A program made the position numbers and the translations under genes. The notes beneath the pieces are model-generated. The model was not told where the DNA came from. It made no database searches and saw only the letters and a program-made list of their open reading frames with translations. Shown here one piece after another: positions 28,101 through 37,593 of a stretch of 64,000 nt of DNA. Position 1 is the first letter of the stretch. The number at the start of each line of letters is the position of its first letter. This DNA is from Actinomycetes bacterium (lineage in GTDB: Bacteria; Actinomycetota; Acidimicrobiia; Acidimicrobiales; Bog-793), in the NCBI GenBank assembly GCA_021796455.1, contig JAKACA010000002.1, positions 916-64,915 of the forward strand, read 5' to 3'.

Positions 28101-28589
28101 TTAGCTGCTAGAAATGTCGGGCTCCACGCACGAACAGGTCTCTTGGTTGCGGTTTGCGCCGCAGTATGGGCACAAGCCCTGGCATTGCTCCTGACAAAGT
28201 GGTGCAAGTGGCAGCTCCAGGATACAAGCATCGTGGACCATCGGCTCCAGATCGATGTAATCGGGCCCGATGGCGTAGTCGCTGTCTGGCCTCGGGTGGT
28301 CCATGCAGACCTCGTCGACGACGGCCACGAGATGACCTCTGGCGACTCCCAGGCATCTCCGGCAGGTGCCCTCGAACGGTGCCCTCACGAGCCCTTTCAC
28401 GTTCACGCCTCCCGCGAACGACTCGATCGCACCATCGAAGGACACTGGCACCCCCTCGGGGACACAAGAGTAAGTGATGGCAAGCTCGGGGATGGACGCT
28501 GCGATCTCGACTTGTCGACGCGAGCCCGGTGCTCGGCGAAGGGTCGCGAGCGGTACGAGCCAGGACCGACTTCGCAACTCCGCGCTCAT
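28101..28589 (-). CDS. yceD: YceD/DUF177 family protein
   Basis: CRRCLGVARGHL... and the C-terminal CQEQCQGLCPYCGANRNQETCSC. It takes the conserved position immediately upstream of rpmF. Confidence 0.85.
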   Translation of the reverse strand: MSAELRSRSWLVPLATLRRAPGSRRQVEIAASIPELAITYSCVPEGVPVSFDGAIESFAGGVNVKGLVRAPFEGTCRRCLGVARGHLVAVVDEVCMDHPRPDSDYAIGPDYIDLEPMVHDACILELPLAPLCQEQCQGLCPYCGANRNQETCSCVEPDISSS

Positions 28590-29189
28590 TCATGCGTCCT
28601 GGTCGAAGAAACCCTCACCAAAGTCGGGGTCACCGCCTGCTCCAGAGGGGTCGGAATCTTTGGTCAGCTTGCTCTCCTCCTCCGGCACGGCCGCGAGGCG
28701 CTCGCGACCGGATCTGACTGTCTTCATCGTCCTGTCGAGCACGATCTCGAAACCCGCCAGCTTCTGGTCGATGTAGTCCTCCGCCTCGTGCCGCAACCGC
28801 CGCGCCTCGGCCTCGGCATCTTCGATCAGTCGCACCGCTCGGTGCTCTGCCTGGCGGACGATCTCGGTCCTCTGCACCATCCTCTCGGCATGCACCCGAG
28901 CGTCCTCGATGATCTCGGCCGCCTCGCGCCGCGCGGAAGCCACGACGTCGTCGCGATCCTTGAGCAGACGGCGAGCCCGCCGAAGCTCTTCTGGGAACTC
29001 GTCGCGCGCGGCCTCGAGCAGCTCGAGCACCTCGTCGCGGGTCACCATCACCGAAGACGAGAGCGGGACTGACTTCGCCGTCGAGACTATGTCGATGAGC
29101 TCGTCCAGGACACCTTCGACGCCGCCATCGAGGTCGGTGGTGCCGGCAGGATCAGGATCTGTCCCATATGGGGGCGGGTCGCTCATCAC
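28590..29189 (-). CDS. coiled-coil protein, DivIVA/SepIVA-like (call based on position and composition)
   Basis: VLDELIDIVSTAKSVPLSSSVMVTRDEVLELLEAARDEFPEELRRARRLL, followed by long E/R/A-rich heptad-like sequence. From memory it occupies the slot of Rv2927c, next to the DUF177 gene. Its TGA is immediately followed by the yceD ATG. Confidence 0.55.
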   Translation of the reverse strand: MMSDPPPYGTDPDPAGTTDLDGGVEGVLDELIDIVSTAKSVPLSSSVMVTRDEVLELLEAARDEFPEELRRARRLLKDRDDVVASARREAAEIIEDARVHAERMVQRTEIVRQAEHRAVRLIEDAEAEARRLRHEAEDYIDQKLAGFEIVLDRTMKTVRSGRERLAAVPEEESKLTKDSDPSGAGGDPDFGEGFFDQDA

Positions 29190-29656
29190 AGAGCCTTGAG
29201 GCGGCGGTTGACAGGCTCGGGAACAAGGCCACTGACGTCTCCGCCAAAGCGCGCGACCTCGCGTATCAACCTGCTCGCAATGTAGGCATACTGCGATCCG
29301 GTGGGTATGAACAACGTCTCGATACCGGAGAGCTGCCGGTTCATCTGCGCCATCTGCAGCTCGCTCTCGAAATCCGACACCGCCCGGAGCCCCTTTACTA
29401 TCACGGTTGCCCCCACCTCTCTGGCAAGCTCGACCACGAGGCTGGACATCGCCACTATTCGCACCGTGGGCAGGTGGGCGAGCGACTCTGCCAGCATCTC
29501 CTCCCTGTCCTCGATCGTGAAGAGAGGCTCTGCCTTCTGCGGGTTGCGCAGCGACGCGACGACAACCTCGTCGAACAGGCCGGTCGCTCGCTCAACGACT
29601 TCCAAATGGCCGTTGTGGAATGGATCGAACGAGCCGGGAAAGAGGGCGATCGTCAA
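29186..29656 (-). CDS. coaD: phosphopantetheine adenylyltransferase
   Basis: IALFPGSFDPFHNGHLEVVERA, KGLRAVSDFE, ISSSLIREV-like ASRLIREV. Confidence 0.95.
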   Translation of the reverse strand: MTIALFPGSFDPFHNGHLEVVERATGLFDEVVVASLRNPQKAEPLFTIEDREEMLAESLAHLPTVRIVAMSSLVVELAREVGATVIVKGLRAVSDFESELQMAQMNRQLSGIETLFIPTGSQYAYIASRLIREVARFGGDVSGLVPEPVNRRLKAL

Positions 29657-30249
29657 GTGATGTCCTTGTCAGGGTCGGTTGCCTCGGGCGACTCGGCTTT
29701 GGCTGCATCCCCAGCACCCGGGTTGAAATGGAGCAATGTAACGAGCGTACCGCCGTAGCGATACCGCCGAGAGACCAAGTAGCTCCCGATGCCGTCGAGC
29801 TCAACTGCGTGCTCGACGATCACGTTGCGGGCGCCAAGGTGATCGAGAAGGACCGCCCAGGAGGCAAAGCCGTAAGGAGGGTCGGCAAATGCGAGGTCTC
29901 GCAGTTGGTGGCCGTGCAGCTCCAGCCAGGTAAGTGCGTCCGACTGGACAACTTCTACGTGCCTCGCGTCGCGATAGCCAGTGGTCTCGAGGTTGGCCTC
30001 GATAGCCCGGACCGCCTTGCGGTCCTGCTCCACGAATGTCACGCCGGCCGCCCCGCGCGATAGCGCCTCTATGCCAAGTGCACCGCTACCGCTGAAAAGA
30101 TCGAGGACGGTGGAGCCTCGAACGAGCCCACGGGACTCAAGGACGTCGAACATCGCCTCGCGTACCCGGTCGCTCGTTGGGCGCAGGCTCGCCAGATCTG
30201 GGACGTACAGTTTCTTGCCCTTGGCTTCTCCGGCTATCACACGCAGCAT
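29653..30249 (-). CDS. rsmD: 16S rRNA (guanine966-N2)-methyltransferase RsmD
   Basis: LRVIAGEAKGKKL..LRPTSDRVREAMFDVL, LDLFSGSGALGIEALSRGA, ADPPY. Confidence 0.9.
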   Translation of the reverse strand: MLRVIAGEAKGKKLYVPDLASLRPTSDRVREAMFDVLESRGLVRGSTVLDLFSGSGALGIEALSRGAAGVTFVEQDRKAVRAIEANLETTGYRDARHVEVVQSDALTWLELHGHQLRDLAFADPPYGFASWAVLLDHLGARNVIVEHAVELDGIGSYLVSRRYRYGGTLVTLLHFNPGAGDAAKAESPEATDPDKDIT

Positions 30250-30250
30250 G

Positions 30251-32503
30251 TCAACTCCGGAAGAGGAACTGACGCTCCTCTTCGGAGACGAACACCTCGA
30301 CCTCGTCCCATAACAATTTGTGGAGCGGCGAGTCGAGCTCCGGATCTCGATCTACGACGTCGGTCGCAACCTCACGAGCTCTCGTCACCAACGCGCGGTG
30401 ACGACCAAGTGAGGCCAGCTTCAGATCCGTACGGCCCTTCTGCCTCGAACCGAGCACGGTCCCACCGCCGCGAAGCGCCAGGTCGATCTCGGCAAGCTCG
30501 AAACCGCTCTCTGTCTTGACCAGCGCCTCGAGGCGGCCCGCACTGATCTCCGTGACGGGATCGGCAAGCAAGAAGCAGTACGACTTCGCAGCCGACCGCC
30601 CCACCCGCCCGCGCAGCTGATGGAGCTGGGCTATGCCGAAGCGATCCGCGTCCTCTATCACCATCACGGTGGCGTTAGCTACGTCGACGCCGACTTCGAC
30701 GACGCTCGTAGCGACGAGCACCTGGATCTCCCCGGCGCGAAAGGCCCCCATCGCGCTCTCCTTGTCCCTAGGAGTCAGCTGACCGTGCAGGAGACCCACC
30801 CTGTAGCCCGCCAGATCCGACGCGGCGAGCCGGTCCCGCTCGTCTGCCGCGGCGCGAGGGGGCGGCCGCGCGGTCGTGGTGTCCATGGCGAAGCGGCCGC
30901 CAGCATTTGCCTGCAGATCAGTGCCATCCATCTCATCACGCCCGGCAGGAATATCAGGCTCCTCCTCCCATCCCTCTTCCTCCGTCGCTCCCCCACCTAC
31001 GAGCGGGCATACCACGTAAGCCTGGTGTCCGGCATCGAGCTCTGCCGTTACGCGCTTCCAGACGGCTGCCTGCTGGCTCCAGCTGACGAGCTTCGTCGCG
31101 ATCGCGGTCCGGCCCGGCGGCAGCTCGTCAAGGGTCGTGTGATCGAGGTCGCCATAAACCGTCATGGCCGCAGTGCGCGGAATCGGGGTTGCGGTCATCA
31201 CGAGCAGGTCTGGCTCTGCTCGTGCCCGCGTCGCGAGACCCTTCTCGGCTAGGGCGGCTCGCTGCTCGACGCCAAAGCGGTGCTGCTCGTCCACGACGAC
31301 CGCCCCGAGCGAGGAGAACCTCACGTCGCCAGTCAAGAGGGCTTGGGTGCCCACGATTATGTCGAGCTGACCACTTGCGAGCGAGGCGAGAACGCGCGCG
31401 CGCTCTGCGGGAGGTACGCGGCTCGTGAGCAGCTCGAACTCGAGCGGCCGTTCGCCTGCGAGCCGGCCCGTGTCGGGCACCATGAGGCCTTCCAGAAGAC
31501 GCCTGAGCGACAGGTAGTGCTGCTCCGCTAGGACCTCTGTAGGTACCATCAGCGCTCCCTGGTGGCCACCTTGCACGCAGTAGAGAAGGGCTGCAGCCGC
31601 TACGACGGTCTTGCCAGCACCGACGTCTCCCTGCAGGAGGCGGCTCATCGGATGGGGCCGAGCGAGGTCGCAAGCCACCTCCCGGATGGCACGTCTCTGG
31701 GCCGCTGTGAGCTCGAAGGGGAGGCGTCGGACGAAGTCCGCTACGAGCCTGCCCGGTGATGTGTCATGGACGACGCCGACTGAGGATGCTGCCAGTACGC
31801 GCTTTCGCCGAACCAGCAGGAGTTGGAGACGCAGGAGCTCGTCAAAGGCTAGACGGAGACGGGCGCGGTCCGTGTCGGCCATGGTCTCGGGGCTGTGTAT
31901 GTTGCGATATGCGGCGGTCCGACCGATGAGCCCGAGGTCCCTCAGATAGTGGTCCGGGACAGGCTCGGCAAGCTCTCCTGCACGCTCGAGGGCCTCCGCG
32001 ACATACCGGGCGAGGTCGACCGAGTTGACACGCGACTTGCCTGACTGGGGGTAGATCGGGACGATCCTGCCGGTCTGGTCACCCACGAGGTCTACGAGGG
32101 GATTCGCCATCTGACGCTTCGCCCGGTAGGTGCTGACCTTGCCGAACGCGGTCACCCGCTCGCCTGGGCGGAACTGGCGAGCACGCCATGCCTGGTTGAA
32201 GAACACACATGTCAAAGAGCCCGTCCCGTCGTCGAGCACGATCTCTGCGCTGGAGCGTCCGCCGCGTAGCCGTCTGGAGGAGCTGCTCACGACCTCCGCC
32301 GTGACTGCCGCTTCCTCCCCTTCGACAAGGGCAGCGATCTCGGCTTCCCTCGTGCGATCCGCATACCGTCGCGGGTAGTAGGTGAGGAGGTCGAGGACGG
32401 TCGCGATCCCGAGCGCTCGCAGATCTGACACCTTGCGGGCGGGCACGCTCTTGAGCTCGCTGATGGGCGTCCGGCTGAGATAGCGGAGGGTGCGCGTGGT
32501 CAC
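30251..32503 (-). CDS. recG: ATP-dependent DNA helicase RecG
   Basis: A wedge/OB domain, LLQGDVGAGKT (Walker A), VDEQHRFGV (DEQH box), QLHQLRGRVGR. The start is set at GTG 32503, overlapping the TGA of the DAK2 gene (GTGA); the ORF opens at 32587. Confidence 0.95.
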   Translation of the reverse strand: MTTRTLRYLSRTPISELKSVPARKVSDLRALGIATVLDLLTYYPRRYADRTREAEIAALVEGEEAAVTAEVVSSSSRRLRGGRSSAEIVLDDGTGSLTCVFFNQAWRARQFRPGERVTAFGKVSTYRAKRQMANPLVDLVGDQTGRIVPIYPQSGKSRVNSVDLARYVAEALERAGELAEPVPDHYLRDLGLIGRTAAYRNIHSPETMADTDRARLRLAFDELLRLQLLLVRRKRVLAASSVGVVHDTSPGRLVADFVRRLPFELTAAQRRAIREVACDLARPHPMSRLLQGDVGAGKTVVAAAALLYCVQGGHQGALMVPTEVLAEQHYLSLRRLLEGLMVPDTGRLAGERPLEFELLTSRVPPAERARVLASLASGQLDIIVGTQALLTGDVRFSSLGAVVVDEQHRFGVEQRAALAEKGLATRARAEPDLLVMTATPIPRTAAMTVYGDLDHTTLDELPPGRTAIATKLVSWSQQAAVWKRVTAELDAGHQAYVVCPLVGGGATEEEGWEEEPDIPAGRDEMDGTDLQANAGGRFAMDTTTARPPPRAAADERDRLAASDLAGYRVGLLHGQLTPRDKESAMGAFRAGEIQVLVATSVVEVGVDVANATVMVIEDADRFGIAQLHQLRGRVGRSAAKSYCFLLADPVTEISAGRLEALVKTESGFELAEIDLALRGGGTVLGSRQKGRTDLKLASLGRHRALVTRAREVATDVVDRDPELDSPLHKLLWDEVEVFVSEEERQFLFRS

Positions 32504-34212
32504 TCTACCGATAGAAGATAGGGGTAGAGAGGCTGTCCGCCGTGGTGCAGCTCGACGGCGACGTCCGGGTGGTGCTCCGCGAGCCATTCGGTCACATGGC
32601 GCGTCTGTGCAGGTCTTGCACCGCTCCCCTCGATGATCGTGACGATCTCGCTCGACTTGGTGGTGAGCCGGTCGAGCAGCGCAATCGCCGCCTCAGCAGC
32701 CGTTGGTGCCACTGCCTCGATCCCCCTTCGCGACACGGCGATCCAATCGCCCGCGAGTATCTCACCGGCCTCCGACGCGCTCGCGCGTACAGCCTGGGTG
32801 ACTTCTCCTGCCGCGACGCGGGCCGCCGCAGACGTCATTGCAGAAGCATTGGCCTCCGCTCCTACCTGCGGGTCGTAGTCGAGCAGGGCGGCGAAACCCT
32901 CCTGTATGCCGGGGGTGTCCACTACTCTCGCCGGCTTGTCCGACAGCTCGCACGCCTTGGACGCAACCCCCAGGATGTTCCTGTTGTTGGGGAGCACGAT
33001 CACTTCCCGCCCCGGAGATGCCTTCATCGCCCTCAGGATCTCCTCGGTGGACGGATTCATCGACTGCCCGCCAGCCACTATGTGGCGAGCGCCGAGAGAG
33101 TGGAAGATACGGCCGATGCCGTCACCGGTGGCAACCGCGACGACGCTCGTGACCGGCATGGGCCCGAGGTCCTCCTCTACTGCGGCGCCGGCGCTCGCGA
33201 CCGCGCGGCGCACCCAGGACTCCTCCTCCACCTGCTCCATCAGATCGGTGACCCGTATGTCACGCGGGCGTCCGACGTCTATGGCCGCCTCGACGGCAGG
33301 CCCGATGTCGTTGGTGTGGATGTGGCAGTTCCAGATCCCGTCACCGCCGACAACGACGATCGAGTCCCCGATGCCGGCCCAGACATCCTTGAATGCAGAG
33401 ATGGCGCTATCAGGCGCGTCGAGCAGGTACATCACCTCGTAGCGCAGCTCGCCCGAGCTGCGGCCGGCGCCCTGCGCCGCCGCCTCGGGCCGCTCCCCTA
33501 CCGTCGAGGAGGTGGAGTCGCGGCCTCCGAGGATGCGCTCGACGACGGCGTCGGGCAGAGGCAGCGCGGCGAGAGGCTCCCGGCCATCGATGACCTCCAG
33601 CAAAGCGTCGAAGAGGAGCACGAGTCCAGCACCTCCGGCGTCGACGACGCCGGAGGTGGCGAGAACGGGAAGCAGCTCGGGAGTGCGCCACAACGCCTCG
33701 ATCGCCCCGCTGCGAGCAGCTTGAGCGACCCCGGCCAGCTCAGCACCGCGGAAGGCTCGGGCCGCCGCCTCGGCTGCGTCCGCTACTACGGTGAGGATCG
33801 TGCCTTCGACGGGCTTCATCACCGCGGCGCGAGCAGCGAGGTTCGCCGCTTTCAGTCCCTCGACCAGCTCGATTGGGCCTACTCTCTCCTTTGCCGACCC
33901 GTGCTCCGGCGCGAACGAATTCGTCATGCCGCGCAGGATCTGACACAAGATCACCCCGGAGTTGCCGCGTGCGCCCATGAGAGACCCATGCGAGATCGCC
34001 TTGCATATCGCCCCCATGTCGCCCTTGTCGGCGACCGCCTCCAGCTCGCGGCAGACAGACTCGAGGGTCAGGTGCATGTTCGTACCCGTGTCGCCGTCGG
34101 GCACCGGATAGACGTTCAGACGGTTGATGGTCTCACGATGCCGCTCGAGACCTTCAGCGAAGGCGACCATGACTTGGGCGATGTCCTTTGCCCCGAGCCA
34201 TGTCCTGGTCAC
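32500..34212 (-). CDS. DAK2 domain fusion protein (YloV-like)
   Basis: LNVYPVPDGDTGTNM and GARGNSGVILCQ (DAK2), plus a C-terminal DegV-like/uncharacterised half. It has the conserved rpmB-divergent, recG-upstream position. Confidence 0.9.
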   Translation of the reverse strand: MTRTWLGAKDIAQVMVAFAEGLERHRETINRLNVYPVPDGDTGTNMHLTLESVCRELEAVADKGDMGAICKAISHGSLMGARGNSGVILCQILRGMTNSFAPEHGSAKERVGPIELVEGLKAANLAARAAVMKPVEGTILTVVADAAEAAARAFRGAELAGVAQAARSGAIEALWRTPELLPVLATSGVVDAGGAGLVLLFDALLEVIDGREPLAALPLPDAVVERILGGRDSTSSTVGERPEAAAQGAGRSSGELRYEVMYLLDAPDSAISAFKDVWAGIGDSIVVVGGDGIWNCHIHTNDIGPAVEAAIDVGRPRDIRVTDLMEQVEEESWVRRAVASAGAAVEEDLGPMPVTSVVAVATGDGIGRIFHSLGARHIVAGGQSMNPSTEEILRAMKASPGREVIVLPNNRNILGVASKACELSDKPARVVDTPGIQEGFAALLDYDPQVGAEANASAMTSAAARVAAGEVTQAVRASASEAGEILAGDWIAVSRRGIEAVAPTAAEAAIALLDRLTTKSSEIVTIIEGSGARPAQTRHVTEWLAEHHPDVAVELHHGGQPLYPYLLSVE

Positions 34213-34319
34213 GCCGCCGCCCTGGCGTTGCGGGGACTCGTGGTCTGTGTCATGGCGGAGGATGGTAACCTTGGCAGCTGTTCCCAGTGGTCTTTCGTCG
34301 ATAGAGGTGACGCGTCCCG

Positions 34320-34541
34320 ATGGCAGCCGTTTGCGAGATATGTGGCAAGGGTCCGGGCTTCGGCATGAACGTGTCGCACTCCCACCGCAGGACCAAGCGT
34401 CGGTTCGACCCGAACATCCAAAAGGTTAGAGCACTTGTGGCAGGTACGCCGCGGCGGCTGCACGTCTGCACCTCGTGCATACGTGCGGGCAAGGTCGTCA
34501 AGCCTCCACGCCGGCAGATCCCCGAGCGCAGCTCGACCTGA
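34320..34541 (+). CDS. rpmB: 50S ribosomal protein L28 (C+ zinc form)
   Basis: [36 protein letters not shown]...[10 protein letters not shown]. Confidence 0.95.
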   Translation: MAAVCEICGKGPGFGMNVSHSHRRTKRRFDPNIQKVRALVAGTPRRLHVCTSCIRAGKVVKPPRRQIPERSST

Positions 34542-34607
34542 GCGGCCTGTCGGATCTGTCGCCCGCCGGCAAGGCCGATCGGCCGATGGCGCGCTCACAA
34601 GAGACGC

Positions 34608-35702
34608 TCAGCCACTGAAGGAGTGCTCCCACCCGGTGACTGGAAACAGGCGGCCATCAAGCAGCCTCTCGCCGGCAACGCTCGAGCAGATCCCTATGCG
34701 CTCGGGGGGTCTAAGGCCCGCCGTCGCGAACGCCTCCGGCACTGGTGCCCCCTCAGGCGCTGTGAACACCAGCTCGTAGTCTTCCCCGCCCCCTAGGGCC
34801 TGCGCGAGCGACGCCCCCTTGGCTGCAGGGACATAATGGAGCCTGATCCCCACTCCCGAGTCGCTCCCGATGTGGTCGAGCTCCTTCGAAAGCCCGTCCG
34901 ACACGTCGATCATCGCCGTTGCACCTGCGGTTGCGGCGGCCCTGCCCTCGCGTACCCTGGCAAGGGGTCGGCGATATGCCCGCACGAGGTGCTCCAGCGC
35001 CGGACCCGCCGCACCCGGCTCATGGGGACGCCCGGCTCCTCTACAGCGAAGATGTTCCAAGCCGGCCGCGGAGGCACCGAGCGGACCAGTCACCCAGATG
35101 ACGTCTCCAGCCTTGGCTCCGCTTCGAAGCACGGGCGCTCGGCCGTCGCAGGTCCCGGTGATCGCGACTGCGAGCACGACGGAACCACCGGTGCTCAGAT
35201 CTCCACCGACTAGAGCAATCCCGTATGAGGAGCAGGCTTCCACCATGCCTTCGCTGATGGCATCAAGGTCGGTGCCCGGAGGTGCGGTGATCCCAGCCAC
35301 CACGTGCAAGGGCCTCCCGCCCATCGCGGCGATGTCACTCGCGTTGACGGCGATTGCCTTCCAACCCGCATCGGCCGGCGAAGAAAGAGAGAGGTCGAGG
35401 TGGACGCCCTCGACCAAGAGATCGATCGACAGCAGTAGCTGCCCGGGAGATGGCACCGCGAGCACGGCCGCATCGTCGCCGGAGAAGACCTCTCCTTCGT
35501 GGGGTCCCGGCAGGTCCGCCCGGCCCTCGTGGCTCGTGGCCAGTCGATGGCGGATACGGGCTATCACGTCGAACTCGCTGCTTGGAAATGCCGGCACGCC
35601 TTCGGACCGTAGTCCAAAGGAGCCGACCCTCTGACTTGGGTCGGCGCGAGCAGCGGGCCTAGCATCTGGGCACACGACTGCGAGTGCGGCAGCATGCGCC
35701 AT
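34608..35702 (-). CDS. thiL: thiamine-monophosphate kinase
   Basis: [16 protein letters not shown], the AIR-synthase-like fold motifs GGDLS and [10 protein letters not shown], and DVSDGL. The start is uncertain (ATG 35702 or GTG 35597); the ORF opens at 35897. Confidence 0.85.
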   Translation of the reverse strand: MAHAAALAVVCPDARPAARADPSQRVGSFGLRSEGVPAFPSSEFDVIARIRHRLATSHEGRADLPGPHEGEVFSGDDAAVLAVPSPGQLLLSIDLLVEGVHLDLSLSSPADAGWKAIAVNASDIAAMGGRPLHVVAGITAPPGTDLDAISEGMVEACSSYGIALVGGDLSTGGSVVLAVAITGTCDGRAPVLRSGAKAGDVIWVTGPLGASAAGLEHLRCRGAGRPHEPGAAGPALEHLVRAYRRPLARVREGRAAATAGATAMIDVSDGLSKELDHIGSDSGVGIRLHYVPAAKGASLAQALGGGEDYELVFTAPEGAPVPEAFATAGLRPPERIGICSSVAGERLLDGRLFPVTGWEHSFSG

Positions 35703-35751
35703 CTCGGCCCCGGCTGTCGCAGACCCTGTGCTGAAAGGACGCCCGGCCAAC

Positions 35752-37542
35752 ATGACTCCGACAAGCCATCCAAAGCTTCTCGAGTGGGTGGACGAGATCG
35801 CCACCCTCGCCCAGCCCGACAAAGTCGAGTGGTGCGACGGTTCGGCCGAGGAATACGAACGCCTCTGCCAGCTACTTGTCGACCGGGGAACTTTCACGCG
35901 CCTGTCTCCAGAGAAGCGCCCGGACAGCTACTGGGCCCACTCCGACGTCCGCGACGTCGCTCGGGTCGAGAGCCGGACCTACGTGGCGCCGTCCAAGGAG
36001 GAGGACGCCGGCCCGACGAACAACTGGATAGACCCCCACGAGCTCCGCGAGACACTCTCGCGTCTCTTTGAGGGAGCCATGCGCGGGCGCACTATGTATG
36101 TCGTGCCCTTCAGCATGGGTCAGCTCGATTCACCGCTCGCCCAGTTCGGAATCGAGATCACCGACTCGCCCTACGTCGTGGTTAGCCTTTCGATCATGAC
36201 CCGCATGGGCCGCGCGGCGCTCTCGGCGATCGAGCGCACGGGCGAGTTCGTGCCCTGTGTGCACTCCGTGGGTGTTCCCCTCGTCGCCGGCGCCGAGGAC
36301 TCCGCCTGGCCGTGCGACCCTGAGAACCTCTACGTAGCTCACTTCCCCGAGACCCGGGAGATCTGGTCATTCGGGTCTGGCTACGGAGGCAACGCCCTGC
36401 TCGGCAAGAAGTGCCTGGCGCTGCGCATCGCGTCGGTAATGGCCCGCGACGCCGGTTGGCTTGCCGAGCACATGCTCATCTTGAAGCTCACATCGCCCGA
36501 GGGTGAGGTGCGCTATGTGACAGGGGCCTTCCCCTCTGCGTGCGGAAAGACGAACCTCGCGATGCTTATCCCGACGATCCCGGGTTGGAAGGTCGAGACG
36601 ATCGGCGACGACATCTGCTGGATGAAGATCGGTCCCGACGGGACGCTACGGGCGATCAACCCCGAGGCGGGTTTCTTCGGGGTCGCGCCCGGGACAAGCA
36701 TGGAGACCAACGCGAATGCCATCTTGACCCTCGGAGCCAACTGCATCTTCACGAACACTGCGCTCACCGATGACGGCGATGTCTGGTGGGAGGGGCTCAC
36801 CCCGGATCCACCTGCTCACTGCACGGACTGGACCGGCGCTGAGTGGACGCCGGCGAAAGGCACGCCGGCGGCACACCCGAACTCCCGTTTCACGGTTCCG
36901 GCCAGCCAGGATCCCGCCATCGCACCTGAGTGGGAGGATCCCGAGGGAGTGCCGATCTCAGCGATCATCTTCGGGGGGCGGCGGGGATCGGTGGTTCCGT
37001 TGGTGCACGAGGCCTTCGACTGGGACCACGGAGTCTTCCTGGGTTCGATCATGGCCTCCGAGACAACTGCGGCCGCTACCGGCGCCGTGGGTGCGCTGCG
37101 GCGCGACCCGTTCGCAATGCTGCCGTTCTGCGGCTACAACATGGCCGACTACTGGGCCCACTGGCTCTCCTTCAAGGATCGGATGGCGGCCGACAATCTG
37201 CCGCGCATCTTCTACGTGAACTGGTTCCGGCGATCGTCCGACGGTCGCTTCATCTGGCCGGGTTTCGGAGAGAATTCCCGTGTGCTGCAGTGGATTTTCG
37301 AGCGTTGCGCCTCGAACGGAGATGCGATCAGCACGCCGATCGGATACGTCCCCGCCCCAGGCGCGATCCCAACCGAGGGGCTGGACGTGTCCGACGAGGA
37401 CATGGCCGAGCTGCTGAAAGTCGACGTGGCGGAGTGGCGAGCCGAGCTGAGCGACATCGCTCGGCACTACAGCCAGTTCGGCGACCGCCTACCGCCTGAG
37501 CTGGGTGCACAGCTAGAGGCCCTCGAGCTCCGGCTGGCTTGA
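35752..37542 (+). CDS. pckG: phosphoenolpyruvate carboxykinase (GTP)
   Basis: [70 protein letters not shown]. Confidence 0.95.
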   Translation: MTPTSHPKLLEWVDEIATLAQPDKVEWCDGSAEEYERLCQLLVDRGTFTRLSPEKRPDSYWAHSDVRDVARVESRTYVAPSKEEDAGPTNNWIDPHELRETLSRLFEGAMRGRTMYVVPFSMGQLDSPLAQFGIEITDSPYVVVSLSIMTRMGRAALSAIERTGEFVPCVHSVGVPLVAGAEDSAWPCDPENLYVAHFPETREIWSFGSGYGGNALLGKKCLALRIASVMARDAGWLAEHMLILKLTSPEGEVRYVTGAFPSACGKTNLAMLIPTIPGWKVETIGDDICWMKIGPDGTLRAINPEAGFFGVAPGTSMETNANAILTLGANCIFTNTALTDDGDVWWEGLTPDPPAHCTDWTGAEWTPAKGTPAAHPNSRFTVPASQDPAIAPEWEDPEGVPISAIIFGGRRGSVVPLVHEAFDWDHGVFLGSIMASETTAAATGAVGALRRDPFAMLPFCGYNMADYWAHWLSFKDRMAADNLPRIFYVNWFRRSSDGRFIWPGFGENSRVLQWIFERCASNGDAISTPIGYVPAPGAIPTEGLDVSDEDMAELLKVDVAEWRAELSDIARHYSQFGDRLPPELGAQLEALELRLA

Positions 37543-37593
37543 GACGAGCCCCGTAGGGCGCCTTCGACCTGCCTGGAGCGGAGGCGCCGGTGC

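Noticed and set aside
28587-28592. An in-frame TGA immediately followed by ATG (TGAATG) joins the SepIVA-like ORF and yceD in the same frame. This could be selenocysteine read-through, given selB/selD in the window.
   Set aside because: Both flanking proteins are complete, independently conserved families, and no SECIS-like hairpin is evident just downstream. Back-to-back stop/start is the prevailing coupling style throughout this window.
32542-34368. A 608-aa ORF antisense to the DAK2/YloV gene. Similar long antisense ORFs occur at 40714..42411, 28002..29072 and 4554..5474.
   Set aside because: The reason is the same: the opposite strand carries recognisable conserved proteins (DAK2, SufD, YceD/SepIVA-like, NTP-transferase), and the antisense translations are arginine/proline-rich with no motifs.
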